Shown piece after piece: positions 51,291 to 64,000 of a stretch of DNA of 64,000 nt. Source of the DNA: Chiloscyllium plagiosum (lineage: Eukaryota). A model generated the notes under the pieces. The model saw only the letters and a list, made by a program, of their open reading frames with translations, searched no databases and was not told where the DNA came from. A program made the position numbers and the translations under genes. The DNA lies in the NCBI RefSeq assembly GCF_004010195.1, contig NC_057719.1, positions 43,392,732 through 43,456,731 on the forward strand. The letters are read 5' to 3'. Every line of letters starts with the position of its first letter. The stretch's first letter is position 1.

Positions 51291-52254
51291 CCAAGTGAAT
51301 AAAACTATATGTAAACAAGTATTCAATTTTATTTATCTTTTCTCTCAAATAGTATCCACGTTTTAAGCAATTAGCTTATCACTTGTGCCATGATAGGTGA
51401 GCCATTTTAGGATCTATAGAAAATGATATTTAAGTGTAAGAATGTTTAAAAAAATTTAGAATTCTCACTTCATCGAGTTTTACAATTATTAATTCAAAAG
51501 GAATTTATTTGTTCATAAAAGGTAAAGTCGCCATAAGCCAGCAACTGAGCTGACTGACCTCTTTATTTCTTTATGTACTGGGCATTTTTTGTTTATTCAT
51601 TTACGGGATAAGAGCATAGCTGGCTAAACCAGCATTTCTTGTCCATCCCTAATTACCCAGACGGCAGTTAAGAGTCAAGCACATTTCTGTGGTCCGGAGT
51701 CACATGTAAGCCAGACCAGGTAAGGATGGCAATTTCCTTCCCTGAAGGACATTAGAGAATCAGATGAATATTTCCAACAATCAACAATGGATTCATCGTC
51801 ATCATTAGACTCTTAATTTCTAGATCAAGATATGCAAATAAGATATATATTGAAGTAAGTCTAACTCATTTTATGAATATCATTGTTCAGAATAAAATTC
51901 AAACAGAAGCAATAAGGCAATTGTTTTACCACAGAATCATTAAAACAAGATGGTGCTATCATTCATAGAAGAGCAGATGGCATTTGGGTCTCAAGAACTA
52001 TAGATCAGGTGGTGGTGGGGCAAATGGAAACAGCCAGTTTCATTGAAAAGCTGTCAACTAACTGAATGGGACAAAGTCAGTAGGACATCCTTCTACTACC
52101 TGGAGAGAGAGACCAAAAAAATACAAGACATCATGTGTGAGGTCAGTCACATCAGTTATGTCTAAAACAGACATTAACCAAACGAGGGAGGATTAGTTCA
52201 TCTAAAGCTCAGAGTTTACTAAACAAGCAGGCTAGATTGCTAAAGTTAAAATAA

Positions 52255-52545
52255 TGAACTTGCATTTATGATGTTCAAGGTGTCTCAAAGTATATCATTC
52301 GCAAAAAAAAGTAATCATTGTTGTCATCGAGTATGCATACAGCTAGGTCCCATAAATGGGATGAATAATCCATGAACTGTATTACTAATGTTGTACGTGA
52401 GAAATAGTTGACAAGAATGTTGGAAAAATCAACCTTACTTTTTGAATAGTGTCATGGAACCTATTAAATCCATTTTACTTTAATATCTCTTCTGAAAGTA
52501 AGCTAGTCATTAAGAATAGTATTATAAAAGTGTAGCCTGATTTTT
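52255..52545 (-). mobile_element. Degenerate DeuSINE (SacSINE1-like)
   Basis: Resembles my recollection of the consensus (AACTTGCATTTA..., GAATAGTGTCATGG, TTTAATATCTCTTCTGAAAG); not alignment-verified. Confidence 0.4.
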
Positions 52546-53022
52546 TTGGACATCATGAAAGATTTGAAATTAGTTAAGGGGAGATTTGATTCTAACTATT
52601 ACTAATTACAAACATCAATTGCCAGGTGAAACTAAAGCAACTGATAATTCAATTCAATTGTTTCAAAGTATTTTGAGGTAGTCTATTGAAGCACTGGATG
52701 AGGCCCTAACGTTATGTCCCAAGCCTATACTGTTCTGACATTTTCTAATACAGTAAACATGCTCAAAACCATTAACACTACTTTTAGAGACTTAAAAATA
52801 CAAATCTAGAATTTGTATTTTTACAACTAATTACTGAGGAAGTATTGCATTAACAGTGAGCATGCCAATATGCAGGAAATTTCTGTTATTTAACTTGTCC
52901 TGGAAATTATTTGGTAATTATCTTTTGGATCTCATATTTCAACAACTGTATAAAGCGTTTGTGCTGAATTTTAATAAAATCCGAAGCTGAGATCCTTTAC
53001 ATTAGCTAAATTACTACTTTAC

Positions 53023-53245
53023 CTGTAAAGGTCAGATTCTAAAAGTGTAAGCTGTCGTGCTATTTCAATTGGATGAAGAGTCATAAGATCGAATGTCTCA
53101 ATTTGCCCGGGTCGACTAATATGCCATTCAATTTGAGGTAGTGGATCCGGAAAAGTAATAGCATGACTGATTCCATTTACTTGAGTTTGTCTCTTGCGGT
53201 TAATAATTTTTGTAATAGATTCTACCCACTTTTTCATGGCTTTCC
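53023..53245 (-). CDS. SOS2: SOS2 exon 14 (REM-CDC25 junction)
   Basis: [15 protein letters not shown]...[22 protein letters not shown]; 223 nt. Confidence 0.96.
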
Positions 53246-53880
53246 CTGGAAAAATAAATATTAATTTGTATTATTCAGAATATAGATTTTAAAAACATTT
53301 TCAAACCTGAGCAATCAGGCATAAAGTAGCAAGGACGAATCCTGTCTGCATTGTTTAAATATTCATTAACACTTAGACTTGCATGGATTGATTTTCTCAC
53401 TTGGGTTTAAACAGATTGCTGGCACCACAGATGAGTCAACATATTCAACTTCTTACATTTAAGCCTTACAATGAGTCAGAGGTCCAAAGATATGACTCTC
53501 ACAATGAGTTGATATTTCATACTATTGCTGTGGATTTACACATACGTGGACTTAGATAGGACTGCAGGAGGGCAGGGCATTACTGCATATAACATATAAA
53601 CAAATTCTTTAAATAGTTTTTTTTTGAAAAGGGAAAACATACAAATAAAAGCATTCCAACAAAGAAAATTGAAGTTGCAACTAATGTAAAAGTTCTGGCA
53701 GAAAAGATCATAGGAAATTGACAAAAAACTGAGTTTTTCATACTACATTAATTCAGTTGAATAAATTAGTATTGAAGTAATACATTTACAGCAATGATAT
53801 GAAACACCATAGATTCATCGGAAACTCTTTTTCCAAAAAAAAGCCATCCTCTAACAGATCTAATTTTCCATAATACACAC

Positions 53881-53984
53881 CTTTTACACTTGAAATAAAT
53901 GCTTCCAACCTATTAAGTAGCATGTTATCCCTCTCAAAGTCATAAAAATGATGTTCTACCCAATGTCGAAACACATTTAGCACC
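53881..53984 (-). CDS. SOS2: SOS2 exon 13 (REM)
   Basis: [34 protein letters not shown]; 104 nt; G|GTGTGT. Confidence 0.95.
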
Positions 53985-55271
53985 CTAAAAAAGAAAACGA
54001 GTTGTTAAACCAAATAATAAAACACTACAATACCCTTTAAGTTTAGATGCTTATCGGTAAAAATATACAACTTTCACACTGCTCTACAACTAACAATAAT
54101 CTTTTAAACAGAAAGTACCAGCTACAATTATAAACTGAACAATCAAATGTGCTGCAACCATCTTGTGTCACCTGTATGCGCCCATTTGGAGCAGAATCTT
54201 TATCAACAAGCAGCTAAACATGACAATCATACCCTGTGGAAGAATCTACCCAACAACATCATGACAAATCTACCTCGTACTGTAAAATTGTTCCTTTATT
54301 TTACAACAGTTTTGTTGATACCAAGATGGATACTTAAGAAAGATCACACCATACAGTGTTTAACAACTTGCAGTTAGTTTAAATGCACACATTTGTACCA
54401 ATTTACTTCTTACACTGAAAAACAGAAACAAGGAAAATGCAACAATAAGAAATACAAAGAGTTCACTGGAGATTACACCAAACATTTTTTGCATGTAAAA
54501 TACTATTGATGCTTTAATGTGATAGGTTTTCAATGCTGTCTTCAGATATTGGTATAGGTGAAAGCTGGGGAAGGAAACTTCTTTTTGTTGCTCTTTGTTG
54601 TTTATGCTGAACTCAACCAGGTGTCCTGAAATGCACACTCAAGCAATTTTCTGAATCAATTCTGTGCGCTTTCTATATGCTTGCCAAATAACTTATGTGT
54701 GGAGGCTGGAGGAAAACTCTACATTTTCAAATCACTCATACACATGCACGCACACACACATATGGACATCCTTTATCTTTTCTCCCTGCAGTACTGAATT
54801 ATTAATAAGAAATGGCTTTTTCTGAGCCCCAACAGTTCTTAGAGCTCCTACTGAACCCCTACTCTTAGCAGAAATCTAGGAGGTGCTGCTGAGTCCTAAC
54901 AGTTCCAAACCTACAGTATCAGCAGCTTTATGGGATTAAGCCTCTGCACCCTGCTTTGAAAAGCCTTGCTGCCTAGCAGCCCAAAGACAGGATCTCTCCT
55001 CTGATGACCTCGGTAAAATTGCCCAAAACTGACTGTTCAGTAACCATCGAACCACTCTGGGTGAGCCATTGAAAACCTTACATCAAGGCCCATCTTTTCA
55101 TGGGCAGCTGAACATAGCTAATATTTTGGAACAGCAAACATACAAACCACTTGGAAATGGGGTACAATATCCAGAGATTCCTAGCTTGCAAGGTGCAAAA
55201 GAAATGTAAAAGAGGATTTCACAAGGTACCAATTGTGACTCTATTTCTATTTTAAAAAAGTAAATGAAAAC

Positions 55272-55394
55272 CTGAGTTGCACTGGCTGAATGTACTCCTT
55301 ACGAAACCGCTTCAGTTCTGCACTAATCGACTGTTCACCCTTCTCTCTGGCGAGCTTATCTGCCTCAGTGGGCTCTGGGTCAGGTATTTCAAAC
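55272..55394 (-). CDS. SOS2: SOS2 exon 12 (REM)
   Basis: [41 protein letters not shown]; 123 nt; weak donor AG|GTTTTC. Confidence 0.94.
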
Positions 55395-55640
55395 CTACAC
55401 AAAACAAAAATTACAAGTTTAACAAAAAAAATATAGTACAAACGTAAAACTCCAAAAGTTAAAAATAAAGCCTAACAAAAAAGTACTGGTAATGATGCAT
55501 ACCAACATTTATGATTTTATAAAAGCCAACTGACAAACACTACACCATCTTTTAAGCATCTTTCTTGACAACATTTTACAGGGCGCCTAATAGTTTTTTT
55601 TTTAAACAGGATCTAGTTAAAACTTTAATTTATTATTTAC

Positions 55641-55722
55641 CTTTCTATTAACAAGCTCATCAGTTCTTGGGGTTTGCAGAATGAACGATATGTTGTCAGA
55701 AAAGTGCGCACAAAATTAGGAT
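55641..55722 (-). CDS. SOS2: SOS2 exon 11 (REM)
   Basis: [28 protein letters not shown]; acag| and AG|GTAAAT; 82 nt. Confidence 0.95.
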
Positions 55723-56083
55723 CTGTAAATAAATATCAAATTACTTACACTGCGAGTACAGTAGCAGCACATTTATCAAAAAGTTATATTACAAAATAAT
55801 GACTACTTGTGTACAAATTAAACTGATTATTGAAACAATGTAATTAGGTGCACCAGTGATGCAGGGTAGATTACTAGTCTTTTAGATTAATGGAATCTGG
55901 TTTTGAATCTAATCGAAGCTGACTGATGAAGTATCATCTCTCAGATAGCTAAATGTCAAAGTGAAATTAGGCAATGTAGTGACAATTCCTTGCAGCTGTA
56001 ACTCCACAGGACAAAATCAGCAGTATTTAGATTGTTGGAGAAAACCAAGTATAAACTCAAAACAAATCCCACCTTCTTCAGAA

Positions 56084-56340
56084 TTGTGTAATAACACCTG
56101 TGAAGAGGTTCATCAGAAAATACCTACAATCAAAACTGTAGGGTACTTGTTGCACAGTGATATTGCCCATACCTCTGGGCCAGGCATCCTAGGTTCAAGT
56201 CCCAGCTGATCCAGAAAATTCTGGGGTTCTTGTGGTGAAGTGGTAGTGTCCCTAACTCTGAGTCAGAAGGCTTGGGTTCAAGTCTAAACTGCTCCAGAGG
56301 TGTGCCATAACATGCCTGAATAGGTTGATTAGAAACATCT
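56084..56340 (+). mobile_element. Tandem array (~2.5 units) of the same short tRNA-derived SINE as at 9292-9510
   Basis: TGGTAGTGTCCCTA, GGTTCAAGTC twice, CTGAATAGGTTGATT tail. Confidence 0.6.
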
Positions 56341-57976
56341 CCAACAAAAACCATAACAAGCAAGCAAAAAAAATCACAACAATACAACGAAAGGTATACT
56401 TGAAAGAAGCAAACTGATGAGGCAATGTGATGTGAATTATATTTTTAATTTAAATCATACTACATGTGACAAAGATCAAGAGACAAGATAAATCAAGTAA
56501 ATTGAGTTGTGGAAGAGAGAAATAGAGGGGGAGATGGGAAGTGGGTGGAGTGTACAGGACCAGATAGGGAGAGAGGAGGAACAGTGATGGGGAGGTTAAA
56601 GGGCAAGAAACTACAGTCAGAGTATAGGGTAAATGTGGTGGTAACAGGGTCACAAAAAACTTGACAACAACGAAACGACCCGAAAAGTGAAAACCAGACA
56701 AAGATGGATAGGTGAGCAAGAACAATAAAGAGCAACAAAGAATACTAATGAGGAGAAACTTGCAGAAACAGAGAATAAAACACAGACTTCAGTAAAGGAT
56801 TAGTTTAAAAGACAGATATAGTAAAGAAGAAATAAATGTGTACCTCACAATCAGTTATGAAATTTAGAGCATGGAAAGTGGTCTTTCGGCCTACTGTGTC
56901 TGAGAGCCATGTGAACATCCAGTGCAATCCCACTTCCTAATTCTAGGAGCCTAGCCTTCAAGTGCACATCAAAACACTTGTCAAATGTTATGAGGAGTTC
57001 TGGTCTTACCATCCTTTCAAGCAATGAGTTCCAGAACCTAAACACTCTGGCTAAAATTATTCATCCTCAAATCCTTCCTAAACATCCCACTTAATAAACT
57101 ATAATTATGTCCCTAATATGAACTCCTCAACCAACAGAAAAAGATTTCCTAATGATAATATTTTGTTCCCCACTCACATACACTGCATACAGGCCTCCAC
57201 TCAGCCTTCATTTTTTCAATGTACTTCTTTTGTGCAGAGGGTACAATCATTGTCTAAAGTTTCGATATGGGACACATCATTTATGTAAATAAGATAGGTA
57301 CATTGTGTACACATGGATCACTTTAATGCATAAATCTCATGCATCTGTGAACCCCAGTACTACATGTTGGAACTTATCACACTTACAAATTATCCTTAAC
57401 CCATTGACTTAGTTTTCAGTTCTCTGAATTACTTGTAATTCCTGTCCAAGACCAGTGTTGTGTGGCTGTTTAATTTTAGGATTCACACTGAAGTGTCAGA
57501 AGTGTAAGGATTGGGTAAGGGTTGAGAGCCCTTTGTGACAGGTGTACAAGGCTAGCTTTTTATTTTGTTTTACCTATGTGTCAAACAAATTTATACTCTG
57601 TTTCTATGTGTGCGATAATTAAAATAATTCAGGTAATTAAAAAAAGTAATTAAAAATTAGCTTCAATTCAGTGGCATAGCTGCCAACCCACATAAGACCA
57701 CCATGCCAGAAATTTATTCAAGAAATGACATTTACAGCTAACTTCAGAAAAATAGAACATTTAAATGCTAAACAAATACATTCTTCCTTACTGCACATTC
57801 ATTTATTTTGATGTGCAACTCATTTTTAAACTGGCTTGTTAAAACACCCTGATCAATACTATATTGTGCAACAGAGTTGATTAAAAGTGCATCTTGTAGA
57901 CAAATTATTAAAATGGCTAACATGAAAGCCATTAAAGTTTTAAAGAGAAGTTCCATCTGTTCAGCCAGACATTTAC

Positions 57977-58632
57977 CTGCATACATGTGGTATGTCAGCC
58001 TCTCAATCAGTTTTAGCACACTTCCTCCTTTTATAATTGGTATTCCAGATTTAGCTTGTACACTTTCTTCAAATACTATGTTCTCTTCAGAATCTTCTTC
58101 CGCAAAGTTATATACATCTGGACTGGGTAGTCTCAGTGGTTGCTCCTTCTCCTCATGTAAAAGAACGGAGTCTAACATTCGCTCCAATGTACTCCGATAC
58201 TGAAGTGAAATCAAAGCTGCCATCCAGTTGTTTTTATCTTCTGCAGATCTGGCAGCAAATATTACACTGTTCTCATCCTTGGAGAGGATTTCAAATGTAT
58301 GCTTGCATTCACCAGAGTTATCTTTGTCAATGATTTTCACTTTTCGCATTAGAAACTTTTCTTTGAGCCGATATTCGACGTTGCTACAACCAGGTAACCG
58401 GGACTGTCCATGGTTGATCCTGCAACTGATCATTAGTCCATCAAAAAGAAAGATGTGCCTCTCATGCTTTGCTCCTACACGTGTTAGTGTTCCTTCCATT
58501 ATAAATTCATTGCAGCACTGTCCAATATCTTTACCTTCCCATCCATCAATGTTTTTCTGGATTTCATTCATTTTCTTGATGGCAAGGTGTTTACTTCTTA
58601 TCTGGTGGTTGTAGAGGCGAGGTAAAGGCTGA
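57977..58632 (-). CDS. SOS2: SOS2 exon 10 (PH domain, helical linker, start of REM)
   Basis: [32 protein letters not shown]...[13 protein letters not shown]; tgtag| and G|GTAAAT; 656 nt. Confidence 0.97.
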
Positions 58633-59529
58633 CTACATAATAGAGAAAGTCAAATATCATTACACTCCTTTACATAACAAACAATCCAGCAAGAGAACAA
58701 GCTAAGCTATTTGCATGATTTTTAGTGGAAGGATTCAAAGAAAATAATTACAAAAGAAATCATCCACAAAAGTACATTAATCACTATCAAGATATCAGTG
58801 TTGGGAACTGGAAAAGATTTTCCACTTGAGTAAATATTAAGCAGTTACAAGAAGAATACGGTTTAATGCAAAGTAAAACTCATCCGACTCTATCCTATCA
58901 ATAGGCTTATGGTTCCTCTGAATACTACATCCTATGACTTGTTCCTCATCCCACACTAAACATCCACTGTCTCAGTGAGACAAATGACTAAATACAACTT
59001 CATGTTGGTTAAGGACACTTTCTACTAGGGGCAGACTTACACTGACAAAGATCTTGAGACAATCTACAGCCTGTAAAGACTTTTGATTTGCCAATTCTGT
59101 GCTGAATTAGAGTTGCAGTTTGAATGATGAACTGTATATGATTTTCTTTATCCTTTCTGTTCGTACAATTAACTAAGGCTTTGATCATCATTTAACATTT
59201 AGAAAGATCCAAATAGTATTCTCCTTTGCTTTCAATATCCAAGCAGGCTTTTCTCATTTTGGTAATATCAGTAATAACAAATTCATTAAAGGAATGGCAT
59301 CTGCAGTTGGCATTCCTGTTCATATAACTAAAACATTCTACTTACGTGTACATGTTAAAAATGACACCCAATAATAAAAATGAGGTAATTCAAGTTCAAA
59401 ATACATTTTAAAAATTGGAATATCTACTATTTTAGTGCAATGTGAAGTCTTCTGAATGAAGATAATTGTGGTCTCTCAACCAAAATGGTTCCTATGCAAG
59501 AGTGGAAACACTAAAATGATTTAGCTTAC

Positions 59530-59657
59530 CCTGCCCTGCGTTTAGGTAGGTGCTTGTTGCAGATACGTTCCATACTACACTGAAGATTCAGCAAAGTGGT
59601 AATGGCTTGTTTCAAACACTCTCTGTCTTCTTCATCTTCACTTCGCTCCTCTAGTTG
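59530..59657 (-). CDS. SOS2: SOS2 exon 9 (end of DH domain)
   Basis: tgtag|[54 protein letters not shown]; 128 nt. Confidence 0.93.
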
Positions 59658-61431
59658 CTACAATTTTACACAAAAGCATTGAAGGTTTGGAGTAAAACTA
59701 ACACAGGTATCTAACAGTGTAAAAACAAAAACATTGAAATAGTCCCTTTAAAAGCATTTTTAACATTTTACAGAAACTAGTGACCATATGACTGTACCTT
59801 CCTGTATCGATAAAGGAAATTGCTGCTTGACTAATATTATGCTCATGGGGAAAAATAAGCGGCAGAAAAACACGAGAACACAAAGATAAAACTATCATGA
59901 AAGCCAGTCAACAGACAGCTATAAAATATGATAGTTCTTGTCAGCGTATGTGGCACTCTAAAATGATGCAAATAACAAACAATGAATTTTTAATCAAATA
60001 AATCCTACTTACAAACGTAGCTTATACTTTCCAACAGAAGACACAAATCACTGTAAATCTTTCAAAATGACATCACTGGTCCCTGAATACAAGGGTCTGT
60101 TTGTAATTAAGTTTCCCTATGTCTAATGACCATGAAATATAAGGCACATGTTATAAGTCAGAAAAGAATTGAGAATCCATTAAACTGTTAATCCTATGCA
60201 ATAACGAGTTATACGAGTTATTAAAGGATTAAGACGAGAATCAAATTTTTAATCAGCTGGGATGACGAGGCTATCTTCAGTTCCATGACTATCTCCTGAT
60301 ACCCTCCCTCTTCATCCCCCACCTCAGCTACCCACTCAGGTTCTCTCGTCAAGTGCTGCTTCCTGTCCCAATGGCTGACTCAGACTCCACATAGCTTTGC
60401 AGACTTTGTAGACATCCTCCAGGGCTCCAAATCCCAGTGGATGTTGGCCAAGGGTAGCTCAGCAGTCACAGCAGTGATCTGGCTGCCAGCCTCTACACCT
60501 GTTGATTCTTTGAAGAGGAACTGTGAAGAATTTGTACTGCACAAGATTAGGTATATGCGCATACTGAATTTTAATTATCTAATATTGCACTTGTTTCATT
60601 TATGAGCATTTTATAAACTTTAATAATATGCATCTCTTTCCAATCTTGCTGATATTTGCTTTCTAGCTTTGCAAGTGGCAGTCTCAAATGGTTAAGACTT
60701 AAATCTGAGAAATTGGTGATTGTGAAAGAGATCCCTGGTTCTTTACAGGACTTCTATAGAGAGGAGTGTGTGAAGGGAAAAAAAGAGGCATAGTGGGCTT
60801 AACAAGCAATTGCTAGATAGACATGGAGTTTCCCAGCAACATATATCACTGGTGGTGCAATGGCCACACAATGTTCCTCCTCAAATGAAGAGACTCTGCA
60901 CCTCGGCACAAATCTCAAACGCAAAGTGAGGATCAAACATACAAACTTCTTAAGTAGAGACAACCACCTCCTAGGGTAATAGAAATCGCTAATTAAGAAC
61001 TCCCAGAAATAGTACTGAGTAAATGTCTTTCGCACAATTAGGCAGGGAAGCAGCTGTAAGGTTTCAATACTGCCATTTCTTCAACCTATTTAATTACAAC
61101 TATGATTTCACTTAGCTTTCATTGGTGAGTTTGTGGAAGTCCACGTATATACAGGAAATTTCAATAGTCCCTTAAGTTAGCCCTTTGAGCACCAGATCAT
61201 AAATTGCTATGTCACCAATTTGAAGATGACTTACACAGTTAAACACAGAAGTTGGTGGATTAGAGGTAGGATTGCAAAAAGCAGTCAATTTCTGCACTTC
61301 TAAACCTCAACCTCCTCTGTAATTTCCAACAGTCAGTTGGTTTAAGTTCTCTCTATTGAATCAAAACCCCATATTGTTCAGGCATTGATCAGGGAGTTGG
61401 GCCTTAAGTGACTCTCTTCCTCTAATTTTGT

Positions 61432-63453
61432 GAATTTGTTCCTCTGAGACAGGTAAGAAGGAGAAAGACTAAGGAACCTTGGATGACGAGAACAGAGGAG
61501 CTTCTCGTCAAAAGGAAGAAGGCATCTTACGTAAAGTGGAGGAAGCAAGCCTCTAGCACAGGTTTAGAGGATTACAGGCTTGCAAGAAAGGAGCTCAGAA
61601 ATGGACTGAGGAGAGCCAGGTGAGGGCATGAAAAAGGCTTGGCAAGAAGGATTAGGGAGAACCCAAAGGCATTTTACTCGTACATGAGGAATAAGAGAAT
61701 GATCAGGGAGAACGAAGCACCGATCAGGGATAGTGGAGGGAACTTGTGTGTGGGGTCTGAGCAGATAGGGGAAAGCCCTAAATGAGTTTTTGTTTCAGTT
61801 TTCACCAAGGAAAGGGAACTTGTTGCGAATGAAAACTTTGAGGAGCTGGGATACAGTCTTGACCAGATCAAGATTGATGAAGTTGATGTACTGGAAAATT
61901 TGGAAAACATTAAGATTGATAAGTCCCCAGGGCCAGATCAGATTTATACTAGGCTGCTCTGGGAAGCGAGAAAAGAGGTTGCTAAGATGCTGACAAGGGT
62001 ATTTGCCTCCTCACTTTCCATGGGAGTCGTACCGGAGGATTGGAGGGAGGCGAATGTTGTTCCTCTTTTCAAGAAGGGCAATAGGGAAATCCCTGGCAAT
62101 TACAGACCAGTCAGTCTTACATCTGTGGTCAGCAAAGTTGTGGAAAGAATTCTGAGGAATAGGATTTATGACTATTTGGCAAAGCATAGTGATTAAAGGC
62201 AGTCAGCAGGGCTCTGTGAGGGGCAGGTCATGCCTCACAAATCATATTGAGTTCTTTGAGGAGGTGACTAGACAGGTCGACAAAGGTCGAGCAGAGGATG
62301 TGGTGCATATGGACTTCAGCAAGGCATTTGATAAGGTTCCCCCTGGTAGGCTCATTCATAAAGTCAGGAAGTATGGGATACAGGGAGATTTGGCTATCTG
62401 GATTCAGAATTGGCTGGCTGACAGAAGGCAGAGGTTGTTAGATGGAAAAGTATTCTGCCTGTAGGCCAGTGTTGAGTGAGGTCCAACAGGGCTCTGTTCT
62501 TGGGCCTCTACTTTTTGTAGTTTTTATAAATGACTTGATGAGGAGGTTGAGGGGTGGGTTAGTAAATTTGCAGATGACACAAAGATTGGAGGTGTTGTCG
62601 AGAGTATTGAGGGCTACTGCAGGCTGCAGCACGTCACAGACAGGATGCACAGCTGGGCTGAGAAATGGCAGATGGAGTTCAACCTGGATAAATGTGAAGT
62701 GGTGCATTTCGGAAGATCGAACCCAAATGCTGATTATAGGATTAAAGACAGGATTCTTGGCAGTGTGGAGGAACAGAGGGATCTAGGTGTGCAAGTACAT
62801 AGATTCCTCAAAGTTGTCACCCAAGTGGATAGGGTTATTAAGAAAGCATATGGTGTTTTGGCTTTCATTAACAAGGGGATTGAGTTTAAGAGCCACGAGG
62901 TTTTGCTACAGCTCTACAAGTCCCTGGTGAGACCACACTTGGAATATTGTGTCCAGTTTTGGTCGCCCTACTATAGGAAAGATGCAGAGGCTTTGGAGAG
63001 GGTGCAAAGAAGGTTTACCAGGATGCTGCCTGGATGGAGGGCTTGCTTTATGAAGAAAGGTTGAATAAGCTCAGACTTTTCTCTCTGGAGAGAAGGAGGA
63101 AGAGAGGAGACCAGATCGAGATATACAAGATAATGAGTGAAATAGATAGAGTCAATAGCCAGGGACTTTGCCCCAGGCAGGGTTGACTGATACGAGAAGT
63201 CATAGTTTGAAGATATTAGGAGGAAGGTATAAAGGAGACGTCAGAGGTTGTGAATACATGGAATGCGTTGCCAGCTGTGGTGGTGGATGCAGAGTCATTA
63301 GGGACATTAAAGTGACTGCTGGACATGCACATAGACAGCAATGAGTGGAGGGGTGCGTAGGTTAAGTAATTATATTTTACACTTGGATTAAACCTCGGCA
63401 CAACATCATAGGCCAAAGGGCCTGTTCTGTGCTGTACTTTTCTATGTTCTATG
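61432..63453 (+). mobile_element. CR1 LINE, same subfamily as 47536-49820, opposite orientation
   Basis: VPEDWREANVVPLFKKGNREIPGNYRPVSL, RPHLEYCVQFWSP; TTCTATGTTCTATG tail. Confidence 0.93.
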
Positions 63454-64000
63454 ACTCGCGACCATGGGTAAATGGATAATTGATTGCATTTATTGATTGC
63501 TCATTTTCTGAAAAGAAAAATACAGCTTCATAAGAAATTTATTTACAGTAATATCTGGATACTTGCTTGATAAAATTCATCAACCTGAGTATACAATAGC
63601 CATCTAGACAAAGTGCAAAAATACCTGTAGAAAAAAACCAGACAGTTGAGGCAATGTTCCCTCTAAGCTGTGTGCATGCAACCATTCAGCAATTAAAAAG
63701 CTGCAAAATAAATTACACACATCATCTTCTTTAAGAAAATGCATGCGTGCAGATGCACATAAACATCTTTCTGAAATCGTATATTTAGCTGTACAGTCTG
63801 TTTATGCGCACAGAGCATAATCCAGAAACATTTACATTCTGCAAAAAAAAAAAAGAGGAACTGAGGATATAAGAACAAAAGCAACACCCATGAATTACTG
63901 AGAAGTGATAAAATGTCTTTAGTAGTCTGGTGGAAAAGAGGCATCAAACTAATCAACTGGCAACTTCAAAAATACTTATGCAACTCAAAGTGCCTGTTCA

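Noticed and set aside
55850..56000. Possible LF-SINE remnant
   Set aside because: Similarity too weak to support without alignment
60799..61035. ORF considered as SOS2 exon 8
   Set aside because: No resemblance to the expected GFKEAV.YVLPRL...VYHC peptide; exon 8 appears to lie outside the window

Overview
Vertebrate genomic DNA, most likely from a shark (HE1-type SINEs and HER1/CR1 LINEs are abundant). Two spliced protein-coding genes lie in tandem on the minus strand. One is the 3' part of SOS2 (Ras GEF): exons 9-23 by human numbering at 59657->21353, all GT-AG and in frame, with exons 1-8 to the right of the window. The other is a complete VCPKMT/METTL21D (5 coding exons, 15337->4132, 219 aa) with a CpG-rich promoter. 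Introns and intergenic DNA are dominated by CR1 LINEs, SINEs, an RTE fragment, a Gypsy remnant, a solo LTR and many Penelope-like element (PLE) derivatives. The most striking non-coding signal is about ten copies of a minimal type-I hammerhead ribozyme motif (CUGANGA-A-stem II-GAAA-CG/GC-UH) in PLE termini. They occur in short 130-225 bp single-arm or near-perfect palindromic elements that begin or invert at the ribozyme 5' boundary, several with 10-15 bp target-site duplications. Other notable points: a Glu->Val change at the SOS1-E942-equivalent position of the catalytic helical hairpin, and a ~2 kb inverted CR1 pair bracketing SOS2 exons 9-15. All calls were made by eye; no alignment or folding software was run.
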